This document shows, one piece after another, positions 50,730 through 60,411 of a DNA stretch of 64,000 nt. The notes under the pieces were generated by a model that saw only the letters and a program-made list of their open reading frames with translations, was not told the DNA's origin and ran no database searches. Position 1 is the stretch's first letter; each line of letters opens with the position of its first letter. This DNA comes from Oculatellaceae cyanobacterium bins.114 (GTDB lineage Bacteria; Cyanobacteriota; Cyanobacteriia; Elainellales; Elainellaceae). The translations under genes and the position numbers were made by a program. Location: assembly GCA_033764315.1 (NCBI GenBank), contig JANRJA010000187.1, forward strand, positions 15,243 through 79,242. Reading direction: 5' to 3'.

Positions 50730-53516
50730 ATGACAGCTTCGCCGCATTTACCCGATTCACCCTCTTCTGATGATCGTGTTCACCCTGCTGAACCCAATCC
50801 AAAAGTCGTTGTTAACCCAGTTGAGGTAGTTCCTCCAGATTCAACGGTAGTAGATATGCAGACCCGACGCATGGATATGGATTCTTCTGGCATGGCTGAT
50901 ATCATCGATGTTACTGCCCACGTTGACGTGGAAGTATATTCGGTTGCTGAAGAACCAATCACTCCAATGGAAGCGGCGATCGCCCCACCTGATCCTGAGT
51001 TTAGTGCTGCTCCAACCAGTGCTTTAGCAACCACACGAGGGTCTTTTTCAACCTTTTTAGCACCTCTCACTCAAGACACCTTTAAACAAGTCGTTACTGA
51101 CGTTGAGCAAAAGTTGCAGGTAGTCAATCAAACCCTCTCCATGTTGGATGACATGTTGAGTTCACAAGGGTTTGATGCAATTCTAGATGAGATGCTGCGC
51201 TCCATCACTTTAAAGACAGGTGAGCTGCTGAACGCTGATCGCACCACTATCTTTTTGTTAGATGAAGAGAAGGACGAACTATGGTCTATTGTTGCCAAGG
51301 ATGAAAAAGGGAACAATTTAGAGCTGCGTTTTCCTAAAACCGCTGGGATTGCAGGTGAAGTTGCAACGAGCAAAGAAGTCGTCAACATTCCCTATGACTT
51401 CTATAAGGATCCCCGCTCTAAAACGGCTCAAGAATCCGACAAAAAGAATCACTACCGCACCTATACCATGTTGGCAATGCCCTTGCTCAGCGAGCAGGGC
51501 GACCTGGTGGCAGTTGTGCAGTTGTTAAACAAGCTCAAGCTTACGTATGATCCCCAGGCTTCTTTAGAAGAGAAGATCGATATTGATGGATTTAGCCAGC
51601 ATGACGAACAGTTGTTTGAGGAGTTTGCCCCCTCCATTCGGCTCATTCTAGAGTCGTCTCGCTCTTTCTACAAAGCGACTCAAAAACAACGAGCCGCATC
51701 TGCCTTGATGAAGGCTACCAAATCCTTAAGCCAAAGCAGTTTAGATTTGGAGGAAACCCTGAGCCGGGTGATGGAGGAAGCGAAGGAATTAATGCAAGCC
51801 GATCGCAGTACGTTGTGGCTCCTCGATTTAGACACTCAAGAACTGTGGACTAAGATTCCGGTGAATGATGTCTTAAAGGAAATTCGGATCCCGATGGTGG
51901 CTGGTTTTGCAGGTCAAGTGGTCAATACCAAGCAGCCCTTGTTAATCCCCTTTGATCTGTACGATCATCCCAACTCGGCTACCTCTAAAGAGACCGATCA
52001 GAAAACAGGCTATCGCACTTGCAGCATGCTGTGTATGCCTGTGTTTAATGCTAATAACGAACTCATTGCCGTCACCCAACTGATCAACAAACGCAAACAA
52101 GGAGAGCACCCACCGTACGATCCCAATGACTATCCTGAAGTGCCCGAATGTTGGAGAGCCAGCTTTAACCGCAACGATTTAGAGTTCATGCAGGCGTTCA
52201 ATATTCAAGCGGGGGTAGCCTTGCAAAATGCTAAATTATTCGCCACCGTCAAGCAACAAGAGCAAACTCAGCGAGATATCTTGCGATCGCTCTCTAATGG
52301 AGTGATTTCGACAGATAAAGAAGGTAAAATCATCGCGGCTAATGAGAGTGCTAAAAAATTGTTGGGCTTAGAAGAAAATAAGCCCCTCGAAGGTCAATTT
52401 GTGACCAATTTGATTCGTTTAGAAAAGGGTGAGTTTGCTGAATACTTCCATACCGTGCTTGGGGCAGAAGACCAAAAAGACCGCCAGCAATATTACCCTG
52501 ATCAAACATTAATATCCCTCTACAAAGAAGAAGAACATAGCATTAACCTCTCGATCAACACGATCGCTGATGCCACCGACAGTTCTAATGTTTCGGGGGC
52601 TTTGGTGGTGATGGATGACATCAGCGATGAAAAGCGAATTAAGAGCGCGATGTATCGCTACATGAGCCAGGATGTGGCAGAACAGGTGCTCAAAGGAGAT
52701 TTGAAGCTGGGAGGAAATCGCCAAGAAGTGTCTGTGCTCTTCTCTGATATTCGAGGCTACACCACCCTCACTGAGGACATGGAGGCTGAAGAAGTCGTAG
52801 AAATGCTCAATGAATACTTTGAAGCGATGGTAGGGGCCGTCTTTAAAAATAAAGGCACCCTCGACAAATACATTGGAGATGCCATCATGGCGGTGTTTGG
52901 CTCTCCTCTGCCAATCGAAGACCACGCCTTTCAAGCGGTAAAAACCGCGATTGACATGCGGCAACGCTTAAAAGACTTTAATGTCAAGCGAGTTGAGCAA
53001 GACAAACCAATCATCAAAATTGGCATCGGGATCAACTCTGATGCGGTGATCAGCGGCAATATCGGCTCCAAACAGCGCATTGAGTTCACCTCAATTGGCG
53101 ACGGGGTCAACCTGGGTTCTCGTTTAGAAGGAGCGAGTAAACTCTATGGCACAGACATTGTCATTAGTGAAACCACCTATGCTCCTTGTGCCGAGCGCAT
53201 CTGGGCACGAGAGCTAGACCGCATTCTAGTCAAAGGCAAAAATAGACCCGTTAGCATTTATGAACTGATTGCGTTACGGGAGGATGAGTTAACCGACAAC
53301 CAACTGAGAACGATTGAGCTATATCAAACGGGACGCGCCTATTACTTAGAGCGCAAGTTTAGACCCGCCTTTAATGAGTTCGCTACCATCATGGAAGAGA
53401 TTAATAGCAACGACAAAGCCGCTAAACTCCACATGGAGCGGTGTACCTATTACCTCACCAATCCCCCCAGTGAAGAGACGTGGAATGAGGGTGTTTGGAC
53501 GCTGACCGAAAAGTAA
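50730..53516 (+). CDS. cyaB2: Class III adenylate cyclase, GAF-GAF-PAS-cyclase (CyaB2-like)
   Basis: Tandem GAFs with long NK...F..D inserts, PAS, FSDIRGYT, DKYIGDAIM, FTSIGDGVNLGSRLEG. Confidence 0.9.
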   Translation: MTASPHLPDSPSSDDRVHPAEPNPKVVVNPVEVVPPDSTVVDMQTRRMDMDSSGMADIIDVTAHVDVEVYSVAEEPITPMEAAIAPPDPEFSAAPTSALATTRGSFSTFLAPLTQDTFKQVVTDVEQKLQVVNQTLSMLDDMLSSQGFDAILDEMLRSITLKTGELLNADRTTIFLLDEEKDELWSIVAKDEKGNNLELRFPKTAGIAGEVATSKEVVNIPYDFYKDPRSKTAQESDKKNHYRTYTMLAMPLLSEQGDLVAVVQLLNKLKLTYDPQASLEEKIDIDGFSQHDEQLFEEFAPSIRLILESSRSFYKATQKQRAASALMKATKSLSQSSLDLEETLSRVMEEAKELMQADRSTLWLLDLDTQELWTKIPVNDVLKEIRIPMVAGFAGQVVNTKQPLLIPFDLYDHPNSATSKETDQKTGYRTCSMLCMPVFNANNELIAVTQLINKRKQGEHPPYDPNDYPEVPECWRASFNRNDLEFMQAFNIQAGVALQNAKLFATVKQQEQTQRDILRSLSNGVISTDKEGKIIAANESAKKLLGLEENKPLEGQFVTNLIRLEKGEFAEYFHTVLGAEDQKDRQQYYPDQTLISLYKEEEHSINLSINTIADATDSSNVSGALVVMDDISDEKRIKSAMYRYMSQDVAEQVLKGDLKLGGNRQEVSVLFSDIRGYTTLTEDMEAEEVVEMLNEYFEAMVGAVFKNKGTLDKYIGDAIMAVFGSPLPIEDHAFQAVKTAIDMRQRLKDFNVKRVEQDKPIIKIGIGINSDAVISGNIGSKQRIEFTSIGDGVNLGSRLEGASKLYGTDIVISETTYAPCAERIWARELDRILVKGKNRPVSIYELIALREDELTDNQLRTIELYQTGRAYYLERKFRPAFNEFATIMEEINSNDKAAKLHMERCTYYLTNPPSEETWNEGVWTLTEK

Positions 53517-53654
53517 CTCTGGGCGATCGCTCCTTATGGGTTGACAGTGCTTCAACGGTGGTAGATTCCACACAAGTCTGCCGTAGCATCCACCCTGCAA
53601 CATCTAGCACTTCGTTTTATGATGGAGTGAAGTAAATTGCAACTCTAAAAACTC

Positions 53655-54308
53655 ATGGCAATCTTTGGATTTGGCAAAAAAGTATCCCTGCCCACCCCTC
53701 AAGAAGCACTCCCCGGTCGGTCAGAGGCGATGCCAGTACCTGCAACTCACTTTGTCAATGGTAATCCTCTCAAGGCACCTTTTCCAGCAGGGTTAGAAGT
53801 TGCCGTGTTTGGGTTGGGTTGTTTTTGGGGTGCTGAGCGCAAGTTTTGGCAACAGGAAGGTGTTTTTACAACGGCAGTCGGTTATGCGGCGGGTGTAACC
53901 CCTAACCCCACTTATCAAGAAGTTTGTAGTGGCATGACCGGACACAACGAAGTCGTTCTCGTGGTGTTTGATCCTAAAATTGTCAGTTACGAACAACTCC
54001 TTAAAGTCTTTTGGGAAAGCCACGATCCGACTCAAGGCATGCGTCAAGGCAATGATGCTGGCACACAATATCGCTCTGGCATCTACACCTATTCTGAAGC
54101 GCAAAAACAACTGGCGATCGCCTCACGAGATGCCTACCAATCAGCGTTAAGTGCTCAAGGATATGGCAAAATTACCACTGAGATCTTGGATGCTCCAGAG
54201 TTTTATTATGCTGAGTCCTATCATCAGCAATATCTGGCTAAAAACCCCAATGGTTATTGCGGCTTAAGTGGCACTAAAGTTTGCTACCCCAGCTCTGCGG
54301 TTGTTTAA
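53655..54308 (+). CDS. msrA: Peptide methionine sulfoxide reductase A
   Basis: [38 protein letters not shown]. Confidence 0.97.
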   Translation: MAIFGFGKKVSLPTPQEALPGRSEAMPVPATHFVNGNPLKAPFPAGLEVAVFGLGCFWGAERKFWQQEGVFTTAVGYAAGVTPNPTYQEVCSGMTGHNEVVLVVFDPKIVSYEQLLKVFWESHDPTQGMRQGNDAGTQYRSGIYTYSEAQKQLAIASRDAYQSALSAQGYGKITTEILDAPEFYYAESYHQQYLAKNPNGYCGLSGTKVCYPSSAVV

Positions 54309-54400
54309 TCCTCAACTGCAAAAATTTCAGCATTTATTAAGCAGTAAAGTTCCTCGCGCTTGTTATCATTTTGGCGATTTCTTGAGCGGGGAACTTTGAC

Positions 54401-54805
54401 ATGGCAACTGCAACTGTGTTGGAATTTATGCATAAAACCGCCGAAGATGAAGCTCTACGCCATCAGCTAGAAGCTCTCTTAGGAGTAGGAGATGGCAACA
54501 TTAGCAGCGAAGCGGAGTTAGACACGGCTGAGTCTGAAGCGTTGACCGAGCGTGCCCCAATGGTGGCTGAGTTTGCAGCCCAGAATGGGTTTGAGTTTTC
54601 AGGTGACGAGTTGATTGTTGTTATCGATGCCTTCCAAAAGCACCAAACGGGTCAACTGTCAGATAGCGACTTTGCCCAACTGATTGGCATTTCAACGGCT
54701 GATCCCTCTAGTGGTGAGGCGATCGCCAATGCTGCTAGCCCACTCACACGCTTGGCTCAATACATGAGTAAAACTTACTTAGGCATTGACCTGGTCAAGA
54801 AATAG
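54401..54805 (+). CDS. Nif11-like domain protein
   Basis: VLEFMHKTAEDEALRHQL ... VAEFAAQNGFEFSGDEL ... QLSDSDFAQLIG. Confidence 0.7.
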   Translation: MATATVLEFMHKTAEDEALRHQLEALLGVGDGNISSEAELDTAESEALTERAPMVAEFAAQNGFEFSGDELIVVIDAFQKHQTGQLSDSDFAQLIGISTADPSSGEAIANAASPLTRLAQYMSKTYLGIDLVKK

Positions 54806-54915
54806 AGCACCAATAATGTCTTGAGTCAGTCCTCAACCAGCTTCTAAATCCAGTCAAGATGGGCCGCATGGTTTCTATTTAAATCACACGACGGATTGAA
54901 GTGTGCTTTAAATTT

Positions 54916-54951
54916 AACTCCTCAGATTCTTGAAGAATTTGGGGAGTTTTT
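54916..54951 (+). terminator. Terminator after the Nif11-like gene
   Basis: AACTCCTCAGATTCT/AGAATTTGGGGAGTT stem followed by T-run. Confidence 0.65.
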
Positions 54952-55166
54952 ATATCAATATTTATCATAGGATTAGTTCATATGAAGTCTGGGTGACAAC
55001 GTATAGCAACGGTCAAGATAGGTCATACAAGTGGGTGCTATATCACTATAAAGCGCACCCCTCCCAACCTCCCTTGAGTTAAAGCTACTGTATTCTGTAT
55101 CAGATCCCATCAAACACTGAGCAAAAAAACAGCCCTATGGGAACTCTTAAGAGGGAGCGTTGAGAT

Positions 55167-56624
55167 TTGGGGATGCACCTTTCAGAACAGACTGGGTGGG
55201 ATTATGTTCGTGCAGCATTCCAACGAATTTGGGGTTATGACGACTTTCGCCCACCGCAAGGAGAAATTATTCATAGCCTGCTGGCGCATCAAGATGCATT
55301 AGTCGTAATGCCTACAGGTGGCGGTAAATCAATTTGTTTTCAATTGCCAGCCCTCTTGCGGACTGGGTTGACATTAGTGGTTTCGCCATTGGTGGCTTTG
55401 ATGGAGAATCAGGTGCAAGAGTTGCACCACCGCGATCTTCCAGCCGCACTATTACACGGTGAGTTGCCTAGTTATCAACGGCGTCAAACTCTTTTATCGG
55501 TGCAGCGACAACACTTGCGCCTGCTCTATCTATCTCCAGAGACACTCCTCAGCCCTCCAGTGTGGGAGGTGCTGTGCCAGCCTTATATCAAGATTAACGG
55601 GCTAATTTTGGATGAAGCTCATTGCCTGGTGCAGTGGGGTAATACGTTTCGCCCTGCCTATCGACGCTTAGGGGCAGTGCGTTCGGCGTTGTTAACCCAC
55701 AAACTACCCGGCACTCGAATTGCGATCGCCGCCTTTACCGCAACGGCTGATCCCCAAGCTCAACAGATTATTCAAAAGGTGCTAGACCTCAAACACCCTG
55801 ACATTTTTCGGCTCAGCCCTTATCGTCCTAATCTCAATCTTGCCGTTCAAACCACCTGGACTCCGCGTGGACGACGAAACCAACTGCTCAAGTTTATTCA
55901 GCAACATCCAGGTCAGAGTGGCTTGGTCTATGTCCGGACTCGCCGAGACAGCGACAGTTTAGCAACTTGGCTCGCACAGAAGGGGTATCAGACAGCGGCT
56001 TATCATGCTGGTTTAAGCCCCGATGAACGCCGCTATATTGAAACGGCCTGGTTGCAGGGTGAGCTTCAGTTCGTCGTTTGCACATCGGCCTTTGGCATGG
56101 GGATCAATAAGCCAGATGTCCGTTGGGTGATTCACTTTCATGCTCCTGTCTTGTTGTCAGAGTACGTTCAGGAGGTAGGCAGAGCAGGACGAGACGGCAA
56201 ACCAGCCGATGCTCTTACGCTGGTGAGTGAACCCACAGGTTGGCTCGATCCAGAAGACAAACAACGCCTTAATTTCTTTCAAGAGCGGGTGCGATCGCAA
56301 CAACGCCTCGCCCAAGAACTGGTAAATCAGCTTCCAGCCAAAGGCGATGTTAATGCGATCGACCAGCAATTTAAGCAAGGGGCGATCGCTCTTTCCCTGT
56401 TACATAGCAGCGGACAACTCGAATGGCAAGACCCGTTCCGTTACGTCTTAACCTCCACTAAGACCCCTCAATTTCCACAACAAGAACAGGGTGCTCAACA
56501 AATGCTCCAGTTTCTCACGACTCCTGAGTGCCGTTGGAGGTTTTTGTTAGCTGCATTTGGCTTTGCAAAAGAGTCTCAATCGATGCGCTGTGGACATTGC
56601 GATCGCTGCCTATCTCGACCCTAA
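55167..56624 (+). CDS. recQ: ATP-dependent DNA helicase, RecQ family (short form)
   Basis: MPTGGGKS, LDEAHC, FTATA, AFGMGINK, QEVGRAGRDG, C-terminal CRW..CGHCDRC Zn site; no HRDC; ATG at 55173 is an alternative start. Confidence 0.92.
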   Translation: MGMHLSEQTGWDYVRAAFQRIWGYDDFRPPQGEIIHSLLAHQDALVVMPTGGGKSICFQLPALLRTGLTLVVSPLVALMENQVQELHHRDLPAALLHGELPSYQRRQTLLSVQRQHLRLLYLSPETLLSPPVWEVLCQPYIKINGLILDEAHCLVQWGNTFRPAYRRLGAVRSALLTHKLPGTRIAIAAFTATADPQAQQIIQKVLDLKHPDIFRLSPYRPNLNLAVQTTWTPRGRRNQLLKFIQQHPGQSGLVYVRTRRDSDSLATWLAQKGYQTAAYHAGLSPDERRYIETAWLQGELQFVVCTSAFGMGINKPDVRWVIHFHAPVLLSEYVQEVGRAGRDGKPADALTLVSEPTGWLDPEDKQRLNFFQERVRSQQRLAQELVNQLPAKGDVNAIDQQFKQGAIALSLLHSSGQLEWQDPFRYVLTSTKTPQFPQQEQGAQQMLQFLTTPECRWRFLLAAFGFAKESQSMRCGHCDRCLSRP

Positions 56625-56628
56625 TATA

Positions 56629-56791
56629 ACGTGAATTCGGGATAAGGCTTTTGGCGGTTGAAACCGCAACTACAGGAGCAAAACCGACCTGCGTCGGTTC
56701 ACTCAACCCTTGATTCTCCGTGGTTCGCGAAGGCGAACTTCGCTCTGATAGCTGCGAATTTATTCGCTAGGCTCTCAAACCGAACTGACCC
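56629..56791 (-). mobile_element. 163-bp MITE (family A), copy 3, inverted
   Basis: Reverse complement of copy 1 with about 10 differences by manual alignment; flanked by TAATATA repeats (56622-56628, 56792-56798). Confidence 0.92.
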
Positions 56792-56807
56792 TAATATAAC
56801 AACCGTC

Positions 56808-57308
56808 TTAAAACTGGCTGACAGAGACAGGCTGTTCAACACTTGCAGCTGTTACACTTCGATCCACCGTGGGGTTAGCAACAACCGGACTGCTGTTCTC
56901 TTCTGTCGATAAAAAAGCCATTGTTTCGGTCTCATATTCCAACAACAACTGCTTTTCGGTGTCATTCAAATCGGGGGCAGCATCCGCCTCAAATTCTTGA
57001 ATCGTTTGCTCAACGAGTTTGACTTGCTCCTCCGCCTCAATCAAATCAGCTTGAGCAGCCGCTTCTAACAATAATTCAAAGACCCTCAGTTCTTCATACT
57101 TGCCTGACACCAGTTGGAGTTGAGCTTCTAAATCAGCTTTTTCTTGCTTCAACGTGGCGATCGTTTGCTTCCAAGCTTTTACAGTTTTGAGTAACGGCAA
57201 CAGCTTGCTTTTGAGGGTCATGTGCTCAACATCTAACTTTTGAAAGCGTTCAGAGAGTTGAGTGTAGGCACGAGATAAACGAGCATAGCGATCTGCAACC
57301 GTAGGCAT
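56808..57308 (-). CDS. Coiled-coil hypothetical protein
   Basis: 166-aa ORF with heptad pattern, GAGG RBS. Confidence 0.7.
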   Translation of the reverse strand: MPTVADRYARLSRAYTQLSERFQKLDVEHMTLKSKLLPLLKTVKAWKQTIATLKQEKADLEAQLQLVSGKYEELRVFELLLEAAAQADLIEAEEQVKLVEQTIQEFEADAAPDLNDTEKQLLLEYETETMAFLSTEENSSPVVANPTVDRSVTAASVEQPVSVSQF

Positions 57309-57510
57309 AGTTCAACCTCAGAAATTTGAATAAGTGGCAAAAGAATGCTGGAAGTACCAGGGCTTGAGAAACCACCCTAACTTCTTAACGTGTGGGGTAA
57401 GGCAATAATGTGCCAAGGGAAATTGAGCTGACAGTCTATGGTGGCTATTCTACTCCACCTCATTAAGGTAGGCGTGTTGGTTTAAACAGTTTTATAACAC
57501 GTCGTTTAAG

Positions 57511-58125
57511 TTATTGACGATTCATTGTTTGGATTAACCACAGCGTAGACCCCACCGCCACAAAGTGCGCCATGATGATGTTGATATTGGCTTGCACCAA
57601 AAAGATTTGCAGAGGACTGATGTAAGGGGGAATGCTACCGGCAAACACAGCAAACCCTTGCGACATCGACTTAGCAACGAGAGCACCGACGATCGCCTGA
57701 GCACCTAAAATCGTCAGTAACATGCCCACAAGATTAATCAATAACCCGATCCGCAGAGCCTGAACAGCATCTCCACGTTTAGGGCGAAGTTGAGCATTTG
57801 GACTGGCGAGTCGCCGAGATAGCCGAGTATATCGAAATGCCCAATAGGCTCCAATAAACAGAACTATCAACCCACAAACAGCAAAGAAAAATCCAAATCC
57901 TGTGATTGAGTTGCTAGCTGCAACTGGGGCAGCACCTGGGACATTGGGCACCCCAACCCGTGGCTCACCAGCATTGAGATTTAGCCCTGCAAAACCCAAC
58001 ACCCCAGCAGATACGACTGCCAAGACAATTTGCGCCCAAAAACTGACCCACCCAAAAATACGAAAAGCTCCAGCGGCTCGTCGAACAGCGGGAGGCAGTG
58101 AAAATGTTTCTGACCTGTTTGCCAT
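57511..58125 (-). CDS. DUF3611 family membrane protein
   Basis: GWVSFWAQIVLAVVS, WAFRYTRL, NLVGMLLTILGAQA, VQAN.N.I.AHF. Confidence 0.85.
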   Translation of the reverse strand: MANRSETFSLPPAVRRAAGAFRIFGWVSFWAQIVLAVVSAGVLGFAGLNLNAGEPRVGVPNVPGAAPVAASNSITGFGFFFAVCGLIVLFIGAYWAFRYTRLSRRLASPNAQLRPKRGDAVQALRIGLLINLVGMLLTILGAQAIVGALVAKSMSQGFAVFAGSIPPYISPLQIFLVQANINIIMAHFVAVGSTLWLIQTMNRQ

Positions 58126-58429
58126 AGCCCTGTTTAGCGGAGTGTCAGGTTAGTAGAAGGTACCGAAATACAACTTCTCCCCCCGGTTCTGACAGTTCAT
58201 CTATGAACGTACGATAGCAGAGATAAGAACCTTCCTACCACTGAAGTGTAAGAGAAAGGGTGAGAGAGGCAGAGAGTCGGGGAAGCGTGTTGGTTGCTCT
58301 GCAGGATTGTCAGATAAGGAAGCGTCATTACATCCGTTATGGCAACACGGGAGAGTGGGGGCTTTGTCTTGAGGAAAGAGGTTTCGCCCCAAAAATCATC
58401 TTGAGTTTAACTGCACCCACTGACTTAAT

Positions 58430-59254
58430 CTAGGCGATTCTGTGCGATCGCCCTCTCATATAGATTGCTAAACCACTCAACACCAACAAGCCCATGATCC
58501 CAGCGAGGGGATTGTGGTTGATCCCTGTAACCCACTCTGGCACTTGCTGAGTATAGGTGACCCATTGACCCACGTTAATGAGATAAAACCCCCAGACGAG
58601 TCCCCCGTGCAACCCAACGGGTAAGCCCAAGCGTCCTTGACCTGCCCGTTTTGCCCAGATCAAGATCAAGCCCAGTAACCACAGTCCGCCAAACTGAGGG
58701 AGCGATCGCCACACCTCGTCCCAAGGTTTGATGAAGTGCAATATGGCAAAAGCAAGACTGTTAACCCATAGAGCAGTTGAAGGGGGGTAGTCTCGCTCTA
58801 ACTCCTGTAGCAACCAACCGCGAAACACCAACTCTTCGGCAAAGCCAACGCCCAATCCAGTCAGTGCCCCTTCTAAGACAAACCGGGGTAAATCAGGGGA
58901 AGGCGATCGCCAAACAATCCATCCTAGCCACCCCTGAATGCTAAACAAGGCAAATAAGGTGATAAACCCAATTGCTAATCCTTGCAACAGCTCCAATCCT
59001 TGCGGTTGACTGATGCCTACACCATAGGATCGAAAGGCTGGAAACTGATGATAGACGCGCCGAGTCCACACCCGCAGCAACACCAGAAATTCGACAAACA
59101 ACAGCGACATCGCCAGGATATTGAGCCGATTAGCGTCGTGTATTGCGGCTTGGAGAATCGCTGCAAACGGCAGCCAACAGAGCAGCAAGGTGAGTAAAAA
59201 AATACCGACTCGTAGGAAAACTGGAGATTTAGCGAGGCGATCGCGAGAGAACAT
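58430..59254 (-). CDS. CPBP (Abi/CAAX) intramembrane metalloprotease
   Basis: EELVFRG, FAILHF, LHGG motifs. Confidence 0.9.
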   Translation of the reverse strand: MFSRDRLAKSPVFLRVGIFLLTLLLCWLPFAAILQAAIHDANRLNILAMSLLFVEFLVLLRVWTRRVYHQFPAFRSYGVGISQPQGLELLQGLAIGFITLFALFSIQGWLGWIVWRSPSPDLPRFVLEGALTGLGVGFAEELVFRGWLLQELERDYPPSTALWVNSLAFAILHFIKPWDEVWRSLPQFGGLWLLGLILIWAKRAGQGRLGLPVGLHGGLVWGFYLINVGQWVTYTQQVPEWVTGINHNPLAGIMGLLVLSGLAIYMRGRSHRIA

Positions 59255-59295
59255 AACCCCTGAGAAGTAAAGCTATATTCAAGAATAGGCGTGTT

Positions 59296-59365
59296 GGGTT
59301 TTGAGTTTTGAGTTTTGGGTTTCGAGTTTTAGGTTTTGAGTGGGTCATTAGTCAATTAGTCAATG
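59296..59365. repeat. STRR heptamer repeats
   Basis: About six TTTTGAG-like units followed by GTCA(A)TTA units. Confidence 0.7.
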
Positions 59366-59594
59366 GTTGTTTGTTCATCAACTGCGATCGCTTGAGAGTT
59401 AAGGGAATCGAGGGTTGAAGCAGGTAGAGTCAATTTCTAAGACATAATCTTTCTTAAAAGCCTCCAGCTCTCTGGCTTCTATTGAAGTCGCACATGACTC
59501 TCAAGAGGGGAATGCCAGAAGCTAGGGAGCTAACTCCATCTCACCCTTACCCCCTCTTATTTATCTTTTAGCCTCTTCTTCTTTCTTTTTTCTT

Positions 59595-60083
59595 ATGAAA
59601 CGCATTCCCCCTGGTCCTGGTCAAGAGTCTGTTTGGGATTATCCCCGTCCTCCTCGGTTAGAAGAGACGACTAAACACCTTCAGGTAATTTTTAATGGCG
59701 TCACGATCGCCGATACTCATCGAGCTAAGCGGGTGCTGGAAACGAGCCATCCCCCCACTTATTACCTTCCGCCAGAAGATATTCGACTGGAATATTTGGT
59801 GCAAACTCCTCGCTCTAGCTTCTGTGAATGGAAAGGACAGGCAAGCTATTACACCATTCAAGTGGGCGATCGCCAGGTTCAAAATGCGGCTTGGTTTTAT
59901 ACCCATCCCACTCCTGGTTTTGTCAGCATCACCAATCACGTCTCGTTTTATGCTCATTTGATGGATGGGTGTTACGTCGATGGAGAACTGGTGCAGGCGC
60001 AAGCGGGTGATTTTTATGGCGGCTGGATTACGAAAGATATCGTGGGTCCCTTTAAGGGAGGGGCAGGAACGTGGGGATGGTAG
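59595..60083 (+). CDS. DUF427 family protein
   Basis: ESVWDYPRPP, RVLETSHPPTYY, CEWKGQASYY, FYGGWIT. Confidence 0.9.
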   Translation: MKRIPPGPGQESVWDYPRPPRLEETTKHLQVIFNGVTIADTHRAKRVLETSHPPTYYLPPEDIRLEYLVQTPRSSFCEWKGQASYYTIQVGDRQVQNAAWFYTHPTPGFVSITNHVSFYAHLMDGCYVDGELVQAQAGDFYGGWITKDIVGPFKGGAGTWGW

Positions 60084-60090
60084 GGAGTGG

Positions 60091-60130
60091 TTGAATGATG
60101 AGTTTTGAATGATGAGTTTTGAATAATGAG
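60091..60130. repeat. 14-bp tandem repeat
   Basis: TTGAATGATGAGTT, about three copies. Confidence 0.7.
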
Positions 60131-60411
60131 GGTGGAGGGTGGAGAGACCCGATTAATCGGGTCTGGACTGGAGTTAGGGGAAGGTAAAGAGTATAGATGA
60201 GTAGGAGAGTAAGAGTTTAGTGTCATCTACCCTTGCACTGCATCACGCTTCCTAATGGCATGGTGTGACTGAGTACAATTGTGAAACCAGGGGTCACCTA
60301 AGCTATGGGCAGCGATATCGGTGTGTATCTACACGGTAAGATTTAACTTTGCTTGGTATCGTACACACGTTATTTGAGTTCCTCATCCGACTGAAGGAGA
60401 ACAGCATAGCA

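Noticed and set aside
55002..55093. Additional family B MITE copy
   Set aside because: TATAGCAAC start, similar length and a GGGTGC/GCACCC hairpin, but too degenerate to list as a feature
56515..56912. Short ORFs 56515-56706 and 56658-56912
   Set aside because: They read through the 163-bp MITE and antisense parts of neighbouring genes
58130..58430. Possible ncRNA or small ORF between DUF3611 and the CPBP protease
   Set aside because: No recognisable riboswitch or sRNA motif and no convincing ORF
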